DNA of 64,000 bases from a bacterium (GTDB lineage Bacteria > J088 > JAWLBW01): the NCBI GenBank assembly GCA_041690355.1, contig JAWLHK010000022.1, positions 1 through 64,000 on the forward strand, given 5' to 3'. Position numbers and translations under genes: made by a program. The notes under the pieces are model-generated. The model was not told the DNA's origin. It worked only from the letters and a program-made list of their open reading frames with translations, and ran no database searches. Below are positions 61,842 through 64,000 of the stretch, in pieces (positions within the stretch are counted from its first letter, which is position 1; every line of letters starts with the position of its first letter).

Positions 61842-63143
61842 CTACCTGTGTTTCTTCGCGATCGCTTCGAGCGCATCCCCGGCGGCGTCGAGCGTCTCTT
61901 CGATGACGTTCTTCGAGTGCGCGGTCGAGAGGAATGCGGCCTCGAACTGGCTCGGCGGCAGGTAGACGCCGCGCTCGAGCATGGCCCGGTGAAACCGGCC
62001 GTAGACGCGCGGATCGATGGTGGCCACGTCGGCCGGGCTGTTCACGGGCCGGTCGGTGAAGAAGAGGGTGAACATGCTGCCGACGTGATTGGCCGTGGCC
62101 GCGAAGCCCGCCCCCTCGGCCTGCCCGACCAGGCCGGCGGCGAGCTGGGTCGTGTGGCGCTCGAGGGTGTCGAACAGGCGCCGGCTTTTCTGCAATGTCT
62201 TCAAGGTCGCGATGCCCGCCGCCATGGCGAGCGGATTTCCCGACAGCGTCCCCGCCTGGTAGACGTCGCCGCTCGGGGCAACGCGCTTCATGATGGAGCG
62301 CTTGCCACCGTAGGCGCCCACGGGCAGACCGCCGCCGATGACCTTGCCGAAGGTGGTCAGGTCGGGCTTGATCCCGTAGCGTTCCTGCGCCCCGCCGCGC
62401 GCCACGCGGAAACCGGTCATGACTTCGTCGAAGATGAGCACGACGCCGTGCTTCGTGCACAGCGCGCGCAGCAGTTCGAGAAATCCGGGGGCCGGCAGAA
62501 TCACGCCCGAATTGCCGATGACCGGCTCGAGGATGATCGCCGCCAGATTGTCCCCTTCCTTGCGGAACAGGGTCTTCAGCGCATCTTCGTCGTTGAAGGG
62601 GAGGGTCAGGGTGAGGCCGGTGACATTGGCCGGAACGCCGGGGCTCGACGGAATGCCCAGCGTGAGCATGCCAGACCCCCCTTTGACGAGCAGGCTGTCG
62701 ACATGGCCGTGATAGCAGCCCTCGAACTTCGCGATCAGGTCGCGGCCGGTGTGAGCGCGGGCCAGCCGCAGGGCGCTCATCGTCGCCTCGGTGCCCGAAT
62801 TGACCATGCGCACCATGTCGAGGTTCGGAAAGAAGTCGAGCACCAGCTCGGCCAGCTCGACCTCGAGCGGACTCGGCGCGCCGTAGCTCGTGCCGCGCGC
62901 GGCGCCGCGGGCGATGGCGTCGACGACGGCCGGATGGGCATGCCCGAGAATCAGCGGACCCCACGAACAGACGTAATCGATGTAGCGGTTGCCGTCGACG
63001 TCGAAGAGATAGGCCCCCTCGGCGCGGTCGATGAAGACCGGATGTCCGCCGACCGCCTTGAAGGCGCGCACGGGGCTGTTGACGCCGCCGGGGAGCAGCT
63101 TGCGGGCACGGGAGAAAAGAGCTTCGGATTTCGTGTGCTTCAC
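61842..63143 (-). CDS. hemL: Glutamate-1-semialdehyde 2,1-aminomutase
   Basis: [45 protein letters not shown]. Confidence 0.97.
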   Translation of the reverse strand: MKHTKSEALFSRARKLLPGGVNSPVRAFKAVGGHPVFIDRAEGAYLFDVDGNRYIDYVCSWGPLILGHAHPAVVDAIARGAARGTSYGAPSPLEVELAELVLDFFPNLDMVRMVNSGTEATMSALRLARAHTGRDLIAKFEGCYHGHVDSLLVKGGSGMLTLGIPSSPGVPANVTGLTLTLPFNDEDALKTLFRKEGDNLAAIILEPVIGNSGVILPAPGFLELLRALCTKHGVVLIFDEVMTGFRVARGGAQERYGIKPDLTTFGKVIGGGLPVGAYGGKRSIMKRVAPSGDVYQAGTLSGNPLAMAAGIATLKTLQKSRRLFDTLERHTTQLAAGLVGQAEGAGFAATANHVGSMFTLFFTDRPVNSPADVATIDPRVYGRFHRAMLERGVYLPPSQFEAAFLSTAHSKNVIEETLDAAGDALEAIAKKHR

Positions 63144-63173
63144 GGAGACCTCACCGGAGAAACGAACAGGATA

Positions 63174-64000
63174 TCAGTGTCCGGCCAGAATAATCGACAG
63201 AGATTCGGCGCCGAACAACGTGGCCGCCGACTGCCCGTTCCACCGTTTGCGTCGCGGGTCGGCGCCCGAGGCGACGAGGATGGCGGCCGTGCTCTCCTGC
63301 TGCTGCAGGGCGGCCGCGATGAGCGGCGTCGTGCCGTCGAAAGCGGCCGGATCGGCGGCGGCGCCGTGGCGCAGGAGCAGCTCGGCGATCTGCGCCGCGC
63401 CGCGAAAGGAGGCGTAGTGCAGGGCGCGCCAGCCGTCCAGATCGGCGGCGTTGGGATCGGCCCCGGCTTTGAGAAGCATTTCGACCATGGCGAAGTCGCT
63501 GCGGAAGGCGGCCTTGCGCAGGGGCGTCCATCCGAACCGGTCTTCGGCCTCGGGGTTGGCCCCTCCCTCGATCAGCGCGGCTGCGGCGCGGTAGGCCCCC
63601 AGATCGACGCAGTCGAGCAGGGGCGTGGCGAGAAATCCGCCGGCCGCTGCGTCGGGGTCGGCGCCGTGGGCCAGCAGATCGGCCACGATCTCGGCCCGGT
63701 CGCCATCGGCGGCGAAATGCAGGGGGCCGAGCGCCCCTTCGCGCGGCGGGTTGGGGCTGGCTCCCGCCGCGAGCAGTCGCGCCACCGCCGCCGGATGCCC
63801 GGCCTGGGCCGCGTAGCCGAGCGCGGTGACGGGTTCGACTTCATCGTCGACGAGGTCGACCGGCGTGCCGGCCGCAAGCAGCAGCTCGATCAGGCCCCGG
63901 TCGTCCGCGGCGGCCGCGTGCAGCAGCGCGGTGACGCCGAACTTGTCGATGTCGGCGAAGGTGCGGGGGCGCAGGGGGAGCAGCTTGACCTCGCTGCCGG
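63174..64000 (-). CDS. Ankyrin-repeat protein (5' end outside window)
   Basis: Frame open to window edge; repeated G.TPL/TAL..AA...LL..GADP. Confidence 0.9.
   Translation of the reverse strand, partial: GSEVKLLPLRPRTFADIDKFGVTALLHAAAADDRGLIELLLAAGTPVDLVDDEVEPVTALGYAAQAGHPAAVARLLAAGASPNPPREGALGPLHFAADGDRAEIVADLLAHGADPDAAAGGFLATPLLDCVDLGAYRAAAALIEGGANPEAEDRFGWTPLRKAAFRSDFAMVEMLLKAGADPNAADLDGWRALHYASFRGAAQIAELLLRHGAAADPAAFDGTTPLIAAALQQQESTAAILVASGADPRRKRWNGQSAATLFGAESLSIILAGH

Overview
High-GC bacterial chromosomal segment, probably from a deltaproteobacterium/Myxococcota-like lineage (inferred from the stand-alone atpZ-I-B-E F0 cluster near hemL and a large Kelch-repeat lipoprotein). It holds about 68 mostly minus-strand CDSs. 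Recognisable core genes (clpS-clpA, glmU, glpK, a cold-shock gene, atpZIBE, hemL, corA, ecm/meaA-meaB) are interspersed with small accessory units (TetR/MarR regulators with visible operators, methyltransferases, hydrolases, exported lipoproteins). I saw no rRNA, complete tRNA, CRISPR array, transposase or integrase. The most unusual signal is non-coding. Nine intergenic sites are built from interchangeable short tandem arrays: six 7-mer families (ATTKACR, TYRGCGC, GAGTKAC, TCARGAA, GATGCCC, AAAACTG), a G-rich G-quadruplex-type tract and a 10-mer. At eight of the nine sites the arrays sit beside a shared (G)GCAAG(G) and/or (C)CTTGC(C) motif, often paired as an inverted repeat. Every recurring family has the same orientation. 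The arrays are shuffled in order between sites, lie at junctions between unrelated gene blocks, and supply the stop codons of three genes. All product calls come from motif recognition by eye; no database searches were run. Start codons are my best estimates.
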